Positions 16,961 to 31,500 of a DNA stretch of 64,000 nt are shown one piece after another; the first letter of the stretch is position 1; every line of letters begins with the position of its first letter. The notes beneath the pieces were generated by a model, which saw nothing but the letters and a program-made list of their open reading frames with translations, did no database searches and had not been told where the DNA came from. Both the position numbers and the translations under genes were made by a program. The stretch is from Eledone cirrhosa (taxonomy: Eukaryota), in NCBI GenBank assembly GCA_964016885.1, contig OZ024742.1:224688001-224752000 (forward strand), given 5' to 3'.

Positions 16961-17930
16961 TATAGATTCTATACTATTACAGAAATCGAGTATGCTTTGG
17001 TAGTGTGCCATGCTTTTGCTAAGGGTTTTAAGCACCGTGAAGCCGTGAGCACACACAGACACCTTAAACCTCCTCCCTTTCATTCAGAAAAACATCCTGG
17101 ACGTGACAGCTAGTAGAGATACTGGACTCATACTTTCTTTATCGAATCAGATAGAATAAAAGGCAAAGTGGATTTGAACACAGAACACAAAATATCCAAT
17201 GCTCAAATGATTTTGTTAAATCGACCACGTTGATAGATCCTATAGGGTGTACATAATGATTTATAATTTAGGCCCAAGTTGAACAATTTGTGGGGAGGGG
17301 AAGGTCGATTACACCGAGCTCCGTACGTGACTAGTGCTTCATTTCGTTGACCCCGGAAGGGTAAAAGACCAAATTTTCGTCGACAAGATTTGAAACCAGA
17401 ATGCAGTAAGTAAATATTACGAGACATTTTGTCCGACGCTCTAACGATTCAACCAATCTACCGCATTTGCAGGGTGCACATAATGCCGGCTAGTTAATGG
17501 AACAATAGCATTTTGTTGCTGATACGGCAGAGAAATTTATATATATAAGCTGTATGTATTCAATGTAACAATAAACACAAGTTTATATTTGTTCATAAGT
17601 GTGATACAATTCTAAAGGGGAATTTACAAACAAATCATAGTTTAGCTCGTGTCTCACGGGATTTCTAACATGTAAAAGGTTTTAATTAATTAGTAAATCG
17701 CCTCAGTTTCAATTAAAATTAAGCACTGTCTGGTGTTATGTTATGGCGTTGTGTGTTGTGTGTGTGTGGGTGGGCATTTGTATGTCTGTATGCATCCGTA
17801 TCAGCGTAGTCTATAGTAAGTCATATATACATAGATAGATAGGCACATACGCTTGTACATATATACATACATGCATACATACAGACAGACAAACAGATAG
17901 ATAGCTAGATAGATAGATATATAGATAGAT

Positions 17931-17986
<56 letters not shown>

Positions 17987-18049
17987 GTATGTGTGTGTGT
18001 GTGTGTGTGTATGTATGTGCATGAGTATGTGTGCGCTTGTGTGCCTGAA

Positions 18050-19795
18050 CATTCTTAGGAATGCGTCTTCAGAGCATTCTCGAGAGGTGGGGAGAATACT
18101 TAGCTGATCTCATAAACCGATGACAACAGCATCTTCTGGTGCGCACGAGATGCATCTGGGAGGTCAAATGCTGCAAGGCCGCTGGGGAGGATGAAATTTG
18201 GTCCGAGATGTTAAAAACCTTAAATAAAAAAGGTATAGCCTGGCTGGTTCGTGTGTGCCGGGTGAGCTGTATCTCTTAAAAGACACCTCAGCAATGACAT
18301 TCGGGAGTGATAATTTCAATTTACAAAACGCGAGACAAGACAGTTTGCTCCAATTATAGAAGGATCGCCTTGTTAAGCCTCCCCGGTATAATCTATGTTA
18401 AGTGTCTGGCAAAGAGATGCATGGAAATTGTCGACTCCAAGCTAGCCGATGAACAGTTTGGTTTTCGTCCCGGACGCAGCACAGCTGACCAAATATTCAC
18501 ACTGCGGCAGGTCTTCGAGAAATCGTGGGAGTACTGCCAAGAGGCTTTATGCTTGCTTCATAGACACGAAAAAGCATATGACTAGGTTTCACGAGACCTG
18601 CTGTGGTAGGTTCTACAGGAGATAGGATCAATAGATAGCTTCTTGTTGCCCTGATGTCTCTATACGAATGCCCGAGTATTTGTGTTGGGATAAATGGTGC
18701 TAAATTGAAACCATTCAATGTGGGAGTCGGACTCTGCTAAGGGTTCATACTGTCTCATACCCTGTTCATAATCTTCATGAACAGGGTTGACATGCGCAAC
18801 CGGGTTAGAAGTGATATAATGACTGGTCAGTGTAGGATCTGTTGGATGGAATTTGCAGACGATATGGTATTACTTATCTCGTGAGGAGGTGATGTCCGTC
18901 ATGCACTTGATAGGTGCCGAGTGTTGCGAAGACTGAAACACTCGCTCTCTCAAAGAAGCCTGCGCAGTGTAATCATACCATTGGAATTTTACTGAAGCAG
19001 GTGGAGAAGTTCAAGTATCTCGGAGCCCTGTTCACGTGTGATGAAAGGCAGGAGACTAAACTAAGTGAAAGAATTGCAGGAGCCTGTTCAGTAAAGCGCC
19101 ATCTTTAGCATTCAGTCATCAGAAGGTGTAAAAGCCAAACTCGTTATTTTTAATTCGGTGTTCGTGCCAATCCTTACCTCTGGTCATCAGTCGTGGGTAA
19201 TGACCACAAGAATACGATCGCGAATACAAGCGGCTGAAATGGGATTCCTCCGAATGGTCTTTGGAGTAACGTTATTCGATAAATGGCAGTATCGGTAGAG
19301 GGTCGGACGCCATGCTTTCCAGCATAGTTACGTCCCTTTACGATCTGAGTTCAAATCCCGCCGAGGTTGACTTTGCCTTTCATCCTTACGGGGTCGATAA
19401 AATAAAAGTACCAGTAATGCACTGGGTAATTGCTGGCCTTGTGCCTAAAGTAGAAACAGTTATTCCATAAAGTACGTAGCTCGGAAATCAGAGAGTCACT
19501 CCAGGTAGAGCTGCTACTTCTCGGAATTGAGAGATCACAGCTCCGATAGTACGGGCATGTGGTTAGAATGTCTCAGGAAAGAATGGCTGGTCAGGTTTTA
19601 CAGGAAAAACCAACCGGTAGGAGACCCAGAAGTAGACCCCGAGCATGATGGTTGGATAACACACATGAGCTTGGCTGATCTCGCTTGGGGATCCAGTTAG
19701 TTCAGTTGAAGGCGGTTGTTTCTGACAGGACCCGTGGGAAGGAATGTTTGAGGACTCTGCCCCCACGACCGCCCAGGAATAAGTGGGTGAAGCTG
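18050..19795 (+). pseudogene. Decayed RTE-clade LINE RT, interrupted by a SINE
   Basis: Motifs CSNYRRIALLS, EQFGFRPGRSTADQIFTLRQVFEKSWEY, FADD and QVEKFKYLG, with many stops. Confidence 0.88.
19284..19463 (+). mobile_element. SINE inserted in the RTE element
   Basis: Near-full family sequence, with LINE sequence resuming afterwards. Confidence 0.85.
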
Positions 19796-20806
19796 AAGAA
19801 AAAAGTAGAAGTTGACCCGACAGTATAGAACTGGTACTTTATTTATCAACCGCGAAAGGATGAAATACAAAGTTGACCACGCTGGGATTTGAACTCAGAG
19901 AGCAGAAATAAATGTCACGAAACATTCCATCCGACATTCTAATAACTCTACCAACTCCCTGCCTATCACAGCAGATATACGCATATACACACACACAAAT
20001 ATATATACACGTACAGCTTGGATACATATTTAACAAACAAGTAAAGATACATAAACATATGCACACAAATGTAATTAGTTCTCAACATACATACATACAC
20101 GCGCATGCATACATTCACACACGCATGCATACATTCACACACATACACACACACACACACATTCACGCACATACACGCACCCATTCACGCACGTATCCAC
20201 ACATACACACATATACACACATATAGAAATGCATATACTATATATACACACAGAGATAAAACAAATTCTCAAAACATTCACACAAATAATCACTCACAAA
20301 TATACACGACACAGGCAAATATACGCACACTTATATATACACACTTCCGTACATCCACACACACATATACTAATACACACACGCATTCCCACAGATACAA
20401 TCAATTCTCGACACGCATTAACATAAACACACATACACATAAACTCACATAAACATAAACACACATGCACATAAACACATTCACTTAAACTCGCACACAT
20501 ATACACACAAACATGCACGCACATAAATATCAATAAACACACACATACATAAACACACATATACAAATGCCATTTGAAATATCTATTTTCATTTCCACGT
20601 TGCATGTTTTCTATCGAATTCACCAGAATCTAATCAGATATATTTCACAGTTCAATATATTCCAGTTTTCATTATAGGTGTTGATCTATCGATTCTTGTT
20701 ATAGAGTTTCCGCTCAGTTGAAAAAAACCTTTAATATATCCACCACACATCACAGCACTGGTTTGTCCGAGAGGAAAATAGTGTCGCTCACTTTTTGTAT
20801 AATTAT

Positions 20807-20876
<70 letters not shown>

Positions 20877-21033
20877 CGAAGGAAATGTGGTAAGGAACCA
20901 GATGGACCATAACGCACCAAAGTACTCAATACTTAAGGTAGTAGAGTGGGTAATAGGAACGAGTAGGACCCCGACGGCTGAGCTCAAGCCGTTTCGAAAC
21001 GGCTTGAGCTCAGCTGTCGGGGTCCTACTCGTT

Positions 21034-21038
<5 letters not shown>
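20877..21038. mobile_element. Fold-back fragment, family C (43-bp arms centred on TTTCGAAA, plus a tail)
   Basis: 20953-20995 is the reverse complement of 20996-21038 with one mismatch. Flanked by (TA)n. Confidence 0.8.
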
Positions 21039-21064
<26 letters not shown>

Positions 21065-21071
<7 letters not shown>

Positions 21072-21845
21072 TTAGAAACACACAGATACATGCGGACACA
21101 CACATATATACATGAATGCATCCGCACCCAACTGTGAGTTAAGGGTGCCAACTTCACCGATGTTGCTCAATGAATGACTGGGACAGACCAATTCAGTTGA
21201 ACTAGATTGAACCAGTATCAGAGTTAAAAATACATTATGAAGAGAGAAGAAACATTTAGATATAATTAGTAATAAAATGTATCATACCTAAACTGCTTCT
21301 AAATTCCTCGACTACGTGGCATAAACAAAAACAATATATCATAAAGATATAGAGTCCTTGCGAGGTCTGCCGACTTATCAAGAGGATACCTCATTTTACT
21401 AGTCTCAAGAACGCGTCTACACGACGTGAGAAAGAATCCCAAAAGGCGGAGGGAGAGATAGTCACGCGATATAACGGTCGAGAAACAGAGCTAAGCCTCT
21501 TATAACCACGAAGAAAATACCACGGAGGCGGAGGGGGTATTTATATCGAGGCCGTAGAAGAGGTGGTGAAGGAGGCGAGAAGTATGAGTAATGGAAGCTT
21601 TCTAGCTGTCCCCACACTTCAAAGATTGCTCGACCAGAGGGAGTTATTAACAATATATTTAGAAACACACAGATACATGCGGACACACACATATATACAT
21701 GAATGCATCCGCACCCAACTGTGAGTTAAGGGTGCCAACTTCACCGATGTTGCTCAATGAATGACTGGGACAGACCAATTCAGTTGAACTAGACTGAACC
21801 AGTATCAGAGTTAAAAATACATTATGAAGAGAGAAGAAACATTTA
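21065..21845. mobile_element. Insert with 194-bp terminal direct repeats (587-bp period)
   Basis: 21065-21258 is near-identical to 21652-21845. TA-flanked. Confidence 0.75.
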
Positions 21846-22220
21846 TATATATATTTGAAAAGGGAGTAAGGTTCTATACAAAACAGGGGTTATAGGGAAA
21901 AAGTGGAATGACGACTGCCTCTCTCTCTAAAAATAAGATTCCATTTTAGACAGACCTTTTCAACACTTAAGTTTAAATTTTTAATTTTTAATTCTTTTTA
22001 TTTCTTTTTAATTGTAATATTCCACATTTGATAAGATGGTTTACACTGTTACAACGGAACCGGTTATATTTTATATATTTTATATACATTATAAAACTCC
22101 TTTTTTTTAAAAAAGAATTGTTCCTCTCATTTTTTTTCAAAGATGTCACTTTGACGAATCAAAGATGAAAAAAAGAAAAATAGACTCTTAAATATATTTT
22201 CCGTGCTATTTCTAATTCCA

Positions 22221-22355
<135 letters not shown>

Positions 22356-23102
22356 GTGTGTGTGTGCGTATTTGTATATACCTCTGCACATACGTTTTCT
22401 GACCTGTTCTAACGTGTGCTGGTATTACTTTCCAAAATGGCGCTCATATTGGCTAGATGCAGCACTCCCGACATTCAATTTTCTTGTCTTTCAATTTGTC
22501 CTTTTCAGTTCTTCTCTATCTATATTTTCTTCTATTCCTTTATACTTACATTTCCGACGAAGGACTAGCCTCCGAAACGAAAACGTCGCTTTTATTCTGT
22601 CCTCTTTAAGCATTACCTTATACCATCATCATTGTGTTCTTTGTTATTTCTGTGTTTTATTTCTGATTAATTATTGACTTTTCATTAAATAGATGCACGC
22701 ATGCACATACACACACACACACGGACATAAACAACCACACAACTACAGACCCACTCACGCACACACACACATAATAATAAATATACGCACTTAAGCACAC
22801 CCCATAACTATATACACACGCAAACAGACACATATATGCGTAGAGAGTGAGAATGGAAGAGAGGTCTGGACTCTCAATTTCCTGATTTGCCAAGACATAG
22901 ACGAGACGGGATGGCTGTGTGTTAAATGAGGTTGCTATGCTATCCCGTGGTTTCGGATTCAATCCCACTACACAAGACCTTGGTCATGTGGCTTATACTA
23001 TGGAGTTGACCAATGCCTGGCTGGCCTCGTGAGTGAAATATGGTAGATGGATTCTGCAGAAGCTCTTCGAGTGTGTGTGTGTGCGCGCATACATATATAT
23101 AC

Positions 23103-23176
<74 letters not shown>

Positions 23177-23715
23177 AGGATGAATATAAAATGAAAGTGC
23201 TTTTGTTAAAAAAGGAATTTATTAGGTATTGACATATGTTTCTGTAACAGACCGAATACCTATGTATCGCTGCTTGCGTAATCATATAATGTTAGCAAGT
23301 ATTCGATAGCAAATGAATGTATAATCAGTTGTCACTTCTTCAGAGATTTTGGATAAACTGGATAAAATCAGAAAAATTGAAGTATTTATATTAGTAAAAG
23401 AGGAAGGAACAGAGGGGATAGTATATGACAGATGGTAAAATAATTTACTGCTAAACAAGTATATAATGGGTTTTTAATGAGAATACCATGAGTAAATCTA
23501 AATAAGAATTTTGGGAGTGCCAATTTTAATCTCTACTTGACCAACTGGACAGTGGACAGGGCTGGTCATTTGGTGCAGTAGTATTAATTATAAAGTGTCA
23601 ATTGGGGAAGGGGGAGATTTCGATTGCTACTAAATAACATCAATGCTAGTAGCCAGCTGGTATATGTTCATCTCTAACGTAACGATATATTATCACTACA
23701 TTATTGATAACCTGA

Positions 23716-23780
<65 letters not shown>

Positions 23781-23989
23781 ATGTAGAAAGGTAACACACG
23801 AGTTGGTTATAAAAACAAGTAGTAGGAAAGAAAAAGATTTTTGCAATAGAAAATGTTGAAGAGATGTTTTCAGTCAAATTGACAATGCATATGATAACGA
23901 GGCGTACTGGCTGAAACCGGTATTGTAAATAAATTAATGTTTTGATATTTCACTGAAAATATCTCTTCAACATTTTCTGCTGAGAAAAT

Positions 23990-24129
<140 letters not shown>

Positions 24130-24130
24130 G

Positions 24131-24175
<45 letters not shown>

Positions 24176-24176
24176 G

Positions 24177-24259
<83 letters not shown>

Positions 24260-24525
24260 TAAAACATGTCTATAGAATCACAAGATAAAATATATACTAT
24301 TTCCTCTCCCAATTAGCATAATTAACTATATAAAAAATCGAATAGACCAGGCTATACGAATGAGGCTTCTATGAAGGAATCTCCGACAAATAACCAAAAC
24401 TAGCGCTTCGCATCGGCCGTAGCGGAATATTTATCGAATATTTCGACAGCGTAATCGCCTAGATATAGTCAACTAAACAGAATTAGGTTTAAAATAAACT
24501 AGGAGAAAATAGAATACATTTAATA

Positions 24526-24611
24526 CCTCTACCATGGTTTGGTACGTGTTTTGAGTTTTCCAATAATTATGTAATAATTATATAAACTCGAGCGCCGGAT
24601 TCTTCAGGAAG
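24526..24611 (-). ncRNA. Hammerhead with long stem II, GAAA changed to CAAA
   Basis: CTTC-CTGAAGA-ATCCG...CGTAC-CAAA-CCATGG-TA-GAGG. Confidence 0.6.
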
Positions 24612-24950
24612 CTCGCTCATATCTAGACATTAAATATTCCAAAGCGATTGTTCCAAGAATTCATTTTAAAATGGCTAAAAATCGTGACGTAGTCGTGGTC
24701 AAGTTGGAAGGGTGTAGTAGTTGCTTACGACTGGTGGCATTTTTGCTAGAAAACACAGCACAATATAGCCAAATTTGTATCTCAACCTAGTGGGAGATTA
24801 TTACATGTAAAAGTTTACATATATATACATACACATACATATACGTGTTTTGCAACTGGTCACTTTGTGGCTCAATGAAAAATTAATAAATTAAACAATC
24901 AGAGCTATATATCATCAAACATGTCTATTTAATGTCTAGATATGAGCGAG

Positions 24951-25035
24951 CTTCTTGAAGAATCCGGCGCTCGAGTTTATATAATTATTACATAATTATT
25001 GGAAAACTCAACCACGGACGAAACCATGGTAGAGG
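24951..25035 (+). ncRNA. Hammerhead with long stem II, C3 changed to U
   Basis: CTTC-TTGAAGA-A-TCCG...GAGTTT...AAACTC...CGGA-C-GAAA-CCATGG-TA-GAGG. Confidence 0.65.
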
Positions 25036-25400
25036 TATTAAATGTATTCTATTTTCTCCTAGTTTATTTTAAACCTAATTCTGTTTAGTTGACTATATCT
25101 AGGCGATTACGCTGTCGAACTATTCGATAAATATTCCGCTACGGCCGACGCGAAGCGCTAGTTTTGGTTATTTGTCGGAGATTCCTTCATAGAAGCCTCA
25201 TTCGTATAGCCTGATCTATTCGATTTTTTATATAGTTAATTATGCTAATTGGGAGAGGAAATAGTATATATTTTATCTTGTGATTCTATAGACATGTTTT
25301 ATGATATATAGCTCTGATTGTTTAATTTATTAATTTTTCATTGAGCCAAAAAGTGACCAGTTGCAAAACACGTATATGTATGTGTATGTATATATGTAAA

Positions 25401-25491
<91 letters not shown>

Positions 25492-25672
25492 GTATATATA
25501 TACGTGAATCCATACGTGAATCCATACGTACATATATATATGTGTGCATGTATGTATATATATATACATTCCAGAGTACGTCTGTATACATATATATATG
25601 TACGTATACATACTTATATTTAAGTAACAGCCGTACTAAGAGTGGGAAATGAAACGAAGTTTCATTTTTTCT

Positions 25673-25791
<119 letters not shown>

Positions 25792-25937
25792 TTTTGAGTT
25801 TATGTTGGTTGTATACCAACACCTCAGTATGCAGGCTGGAGCACTCGACGAAGTGCGCAGGTTGGTTTGGTTACTCCGGAGTAGTGTAAAATAAAGTTAA
25901 ATAAAAGTCAAATGATTAAAATTTAGCTTCGTTTATT

Positions 25938-25992
25938 ACTGCTATATATATTTCAGTGACAGCCATCTTTGGCTGTGACCTCTTCAGGCAGT
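25938..25992 (-). ncRNA. Type I hammerhead ribozyme
   Basis: Mirror copy of 26213-26267. Confidence 0.8.
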
Positions 25993-26212
25993 TTGAATTA
26001 GTATGGTATAGACAAGTACATATGTTGTTTAGGTGTATGATATTGTCAATACTCTGATATGCCCAGTTCCTTGTTGGGTTGTTAATTCACTGGGGAATTG
26101 ACTCCAGTTCCCCAGTGAATTAACAACCCAACAAGGAACTGGGCATATCAGAGTATTGACAATATCATACACCTAAACAACATATGTACTTGTCTATACC
26201 ATACTAATTCAA

Positions 26213-26267
26213 ACTGCCTGAAGAGGTCACAGCCAAAGATGGCTGTCACTGAAATATATATAGCAGT
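26213..26267 (+). ncRNA. Type I hammerhead ribozyme
   Basis: ACTGC-CTGAAGA-GGTCACAGCCA(AAGA)TGGCTGTCACT-GAAA-TATATA-TA-GCAGT. Confidence 0.82.
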
Positions 26268-26311
26268 AATAAACGAAGCTAAATTTTAATCATTTGACTT
26301 TTATTTAACTT

Positions 26312-26368
<57 letters not shown>

Positions 26369-26383
26369 CATGTATATATATAT

Positions 26384-26581
<198 letters not shown>

Positions 26582-26589
26582 ATATATAT

Positions 26590-26735
<146 letters not shown>

Positions 26736-26907
26736 CTCCTTCTCCACCCAACTCTTTTTTATCCCAATAACTTATTTTAGTTATTGTATCGTCCTAGACG
26801 GAGGTATATTGTCTGCAATGCGAAGAAATACCTATGATGTCTAGTAAACAACTGATGATGGATAATCCTGACTTCTATTTCTAATTCTTCATTTTATATA
26901 TATATAA

Positions 26908-27099
26908 CAAAGTAATTGTGGTAAGGAACCAGATGGACCATAACGCACCAGAGTACTCAATACTTAGGGCAGTAGAGTTGGAAATAGGAAAAAGTAAGAC
27001 CCCGACGGCAGAGCTCAAGCCGTTTCGACGGCTATTTCTGGCTAGTCCAGAAATAGCCGTCGAAACAGCTTGAGCTCTGCTGTCGGGGTCTTACTTTTT

Positions 27100-27104
<5 letters not shown>
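26908..27104. mobile_element. Fold-back fragment, family C
   Basis: Arms of about 58 bp around CTAGT (27042-27046). Same tail as at 20877, 1730 and 56403. Confidence 0.8.
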
Positions 27105-27191
<87 letters not shown>

Positions 27192-27448
27192 TATTTATGC
27201 ATACATACATACATACATACATACATACATACATACATACATACATACATACATACATACATACATACATACATACATACATACACGCTCTATCATCCAC
27301 TTTTCTAAAAAATAAATCTCACACAAAACACCAGCACCAAAAGTTTTGCAAGAGATGTCAACATGAATGGACCTGTTATTTTCATCTAAAGACATTTTTT
27401 CCAATTCCAACCCGCCCGTCCCCTCAATCTGTCTTATTTCTCATTCTT

Positions 27449-27484
27449 TCTTCTGATGAAGGACTAGCGTCAGAAACGTTAAGA
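27449..27484 (+). ncRNA. Minimal hammerhead
   Basis: TCTT-CTGATGA-AG-GAC(TAGC)GTC-A-GAAA-CG-TT-AAGA. Relatives lie at about 22554 and at 45368-45403. Confidence 0.6.
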
Positions 27485-27565
27485 CCTTCTTCCTGCTATT
27501 TCAAGCGTTAACCTAATGTATCCCTTCCATATACTGTACCGATTGTGTTGTTATTTCTGTTTACC

Positions 27566-27599
<34 letters not shown>

Positions 27600-27878
27600 T
27601 CGTTGCATTACCATCTTTGTTTGTTTACCGTCTCGCTCGTTCCCCCTATTTACGTCAATGTTTTATGTTCCATCAAGCAGTCTCTGTTAATGTTTAGCTG
27701 TATCTGTTTTTATTTTAATATAACGACTTTCTTTAGCCGTTGCTCGCACCAACCGGAGGATATGGTCTTTAAAGCGATGAAATACCAATGAAGGCTGGAA
27801 GATCACTGATGAAAGACTAAATTTATTCATATGTAACCCATTTGCAACCATGCAGCACGCCATGTTTTTATATTTTAT

Positions 27879-28291
<413 letters not shown>

Positions 28292-28295
<4 letters not shown>

Positions 28296-28512
28296 GATTG
28301 GGTGATTCACAGGTGAACCTGGGAACAAAGGCAATTAAAAGATGGTTCCATGCTCTTCAAAACCTCCAAAACCGCCGATCAAACGCCTCGCTATCGTTAT
28401 ACCTAGAGCATGGACAAGGATCTGAACTCCTTTGGCTTCAACTTCTGAATATGGTACACTTGACTGCAGACTGCACTGCCTGGCGAGCGGAAAGATGCCG
28501 AAGATGATGTCA
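28292..28512 (+). mobile_element. Probable LINE (RTE-like) 3' end remnant
   Basis: Remnant DKDL...MVHLTADCTAWRA, followed by a GAT-like tail. Confidence 0.4.
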
Positions 28513-28560
28513 TAAGGGAGGATCCTTATCGTCAATAATGACGGGGACGAATGAAAAAGA

Positions 28561-28637
<77 letters not shown>

Positions 28638-28786
28638 CGTGTGTGTATCTTTCGTTTGTGTTCCGTAACTTGGTGGTTTGAGAAAAAGAGATCGATAAAA
28701 TAAGTACTAGACAGGTGTCGTTATAATCGAATTTAATATGTGGCTCCAGCGTGACTGAAGTTTCATGAGTAAAACCAGAGAGAGAG

Positions 28787-28849
<63 letters not shown>

Positions 28850-28874
28850 TGTGCGGTAAGTAGTCGAATTATCA

Positions 28875-29290
28875 TTCTAGTGAAACCTAAAAAAGTTAAT
28901 CAGGCCTTCGCCGAAGAGGAAAGTCCTCCTCTTCAGCCCTTTCACGTGTGTCCACCAAACGACCTCTTTCGCCATGACCACCAGACAGATAAAAACTGCC
29001 CGCCATTCCCCCCCCCCCCCCCCTAAAGGTAGTCGGCGGGGAAATCTTCATGATAGACTCAGCTGATAACCGGATCCGTCTTGCACGCGACAGCAGGTGT
29101 TCGACATAAATCCACTAATCAGCAATCCTCGGACACTGGACGAGTGCGTACAGGACGGTTTCGTCGCCCTGTGCGTATCTCGGACAGGTTCAGCTGACGG
29201 CACTTCCATGCCTGTAGAGTTTATCCCGAACTATCAAACCTCTTCGGTAGCACTGCGAGGCCAGGGATTTCTGGAAAGAACGTTTAAATT
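28875..29290 (-). pseudogene. L1/Tx1-like LINE C-terminal zinc-finger remnant
   Basis: Manual translation gives TCPRYAQGDETVLYALVQCPRIAD*WIYVEHLL. Paralog at 41.3-41.6 kb. Confidence 0.65.
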
Positions 29291-29314
29291 ATAGCATTAT
29301 AAATATACTTGATA

Positions 29315-29376
<62 letters not shown>

Positions 29377-29548
29377 ATAATAATAGTAGTAGCAATAGTA
29401 GATTATTTTCAGTAATATATATTTATACACATGTATATAACAGTCTGCTTGTAAAATTTACGTGGTGAGTTTTTGGTTCTTATATATTTGATATATATTT
29501 ATCCTTATCGAGCCCTCTTTGGATTTTAGTCTTCAAATTTATTATTAT

Positions 29549-29597
<49 letters not shown>

Positions 29598-29692
29598 CGT
29601 GTGTGTGTAGATAAATCTACCAAAATATACGGTAGTGTCCAATCCGTATGAAGAACTCAATGTAATCCAAATATCATGAAAAGAGAAGATGT

Positions 29693-29835
29693 ATTCATTT
29701 ATTTCTGAAGACACCATATATATGTGTAGGTATGTATATTCCCTCTGATAGTTTGTAAAATTTTTACATAGATCTTTATGATATACATACCAACACACAC
29801 ATATATATCCTAGAAACGATCGTAAAATGATGAAT
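29693..29835 (+). ncRNA. Hammerhead with about 100-nt stem II
   Basis: ATTCATTTATTT-CTGAAGA-[ATATATATGTGT..GGTATGTATAT / ATATACATACC..ACACATATATAT]-GAAA-CGATCG-TA-AAATGATGAAT. Confidence 0.65.
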
Positions 29836-29887
29836 TTTTCAATATAAGGCACTGTTTCTTTGTTTTTATTCATTGTTTTTATTAATT

Positions 29888-29928
<41 letters not shown>

Positions 29929-29993
29929 AAATGAAGTAATTCAGTCGGAAAAAAGGTTTTTAAAATCCAACGCCAATAAATACACCAGGATTT

Positions 29994-30054
29994 TTTCATT
30001 CTGATGACTGAAAGCAAAACTTTTTTGCTTTTAAGAAACCACTGGTAAATGAAA
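29994..30054 (+). ncRNA. Type I hammerhead ribozyme
   Basis: TTTCATT-CTGATGA-CT-GAAAGCAAAA(CTT)TTTTGCTTTT-AA-GAAA-CCACTGG-TA-AATGAAA. Confidence 0.72.
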
Positions 30055-30079
30055 TAATTGCCTTATGTTGTTTATTACA

Positions 30080-30141
<62 letters not shown>

Positions 30142-30242
30142 CACTCTCAAGAGCATGATACTAATAAACCTTTGGTTGTACTGCCTCTCTGTTTTGTTCC
30201 CGTTCAATTTTTCAATATATATATATATATATATTTATATAT

Positions 30243-30732
30243 ATCATAAAACATGTCTATAGAATCACCAGATAAAATATATACCGTTTCCTCTCCCAAT
30301 TAGCATAATTAACCATATAAAAAATCAATTAGATCAAGCTATAAGAATAAAGTCTCCTATGAAGAAATCTCCGACAAATAACCGAAAGCAGCCCCTTCGC
30401 GGCGATTACCACGGAATATTTATCGAATATTTCGACAGCATGTATAAATCGACCAGATATACAGTCAACTAAACAGAATTAGGTGTAAAATAAACTAGAA
30501 GAACGCCGCGAAGGGGCTGCTTTCGGTTATTTGTCGGAGATTTCTTCATAGGAGACTTTATTCTTATAGCTTGATCTAATTGATTTTTTATATGGTTAAT
30601 TATGCTAATTGGGAGAGGAAACGGTATATATTTTATCTGGTGATTCTATAGACATGTTTTATGATATATAGCTCTGATGATTTAATTTATTAACTCTTCA
30701 TTGAGCCACAAAGTGACCCGTTACAAAACACA
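30243..30732. mobile_element. Fold-back element, family D (second, diverged copy)
   Basis: 30243-30404 is inverted relative to 30504-30665, with a tail to about 30732. Confidence 0.82.
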
Positions 30733-31140
30733 TATATATCTATGACTTTATATATATATATATATGTAAACATTTATATATATATATATATATATACATG
30801 TGCGTGCGTATGTGTGTATATATGTGCGTAAGTATGAGTCTATAAATGTGTGTATCTTTGTATACGTACATATACGTGCGTAGAATGAGAAATTAGGTTT
30901 GAAGTTCATATTGAAAATATACTAGGAGTATACCTGCTGCGCCAGACTGTAATAGTTTGCATTGACATTGATACTTGAATGAACAGCAGCAATACTCACT
31001 GTAGATGTCATTTCGTAAGAGAACCACAGTAGAGAATGAAATTATCAGTCTTACCAATGTTGTAGAGAAGAAATATTCTCTGTAAAGTTCATTTCGAACT
31101 CCACAAAGACTAACGTACAGTGAAAGTACTTCCTGTAAAT

Positions 31141-31500
31141 CAGGGGTCGGTAAACCCCCGCCCGCGGGCCACATCCGGCCCGCCAATAGGTTTCAATCTC
31201 AGGCTAAGTGATCCCTGAAAAAGTGCTCTGAATTATTTGGGATTAGAATACCGACTAGAGAAGCCACAAGACTCACTAAGCTGAACGTAATGTTTTGCAT
31301 GACAGTAACAAACAGACAAAAACAAGTATTTCATTAAACAATTTACCATTTCTGCCTGTGTTTTATTTGTAGTAAGGAACGTCATTAAAGTAATATCACA
31401 TAAGATGCATTGTTCTCCTTTAAATTCGGAATTAAGGTAGCCTTCTGGACAGAGCACTCTGAGGTCGAGCAAATTTATTATATTTTGATATCATGGCCCG
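31141..31500. mobile_element. hAT/Charlie-like non-autonomous DNA transposon end
   Basis: CAGGGGTCGGTAAACC...GCGGGCCACATCCGGCCCG terminus. The other end was not identified. Confidence 0.5.

Larger units (their letters stand above)
24257..25405. mobile_element. Fold-back pLTR-like element, family D (about 380-bp inverted arms, nested second inversion)
   Basis: 24257-24636 is inverted relative to 24926-25304, and 24808-24927 is inverted relative to 25289-25405. Confidence 0.85.

Noticed and set aside
19335-19370. GTTCAAATCCC motifs as tRNA genes
   Set aside because: There is no cloverleaf. These are B-boxes of a multi-copy SINE.
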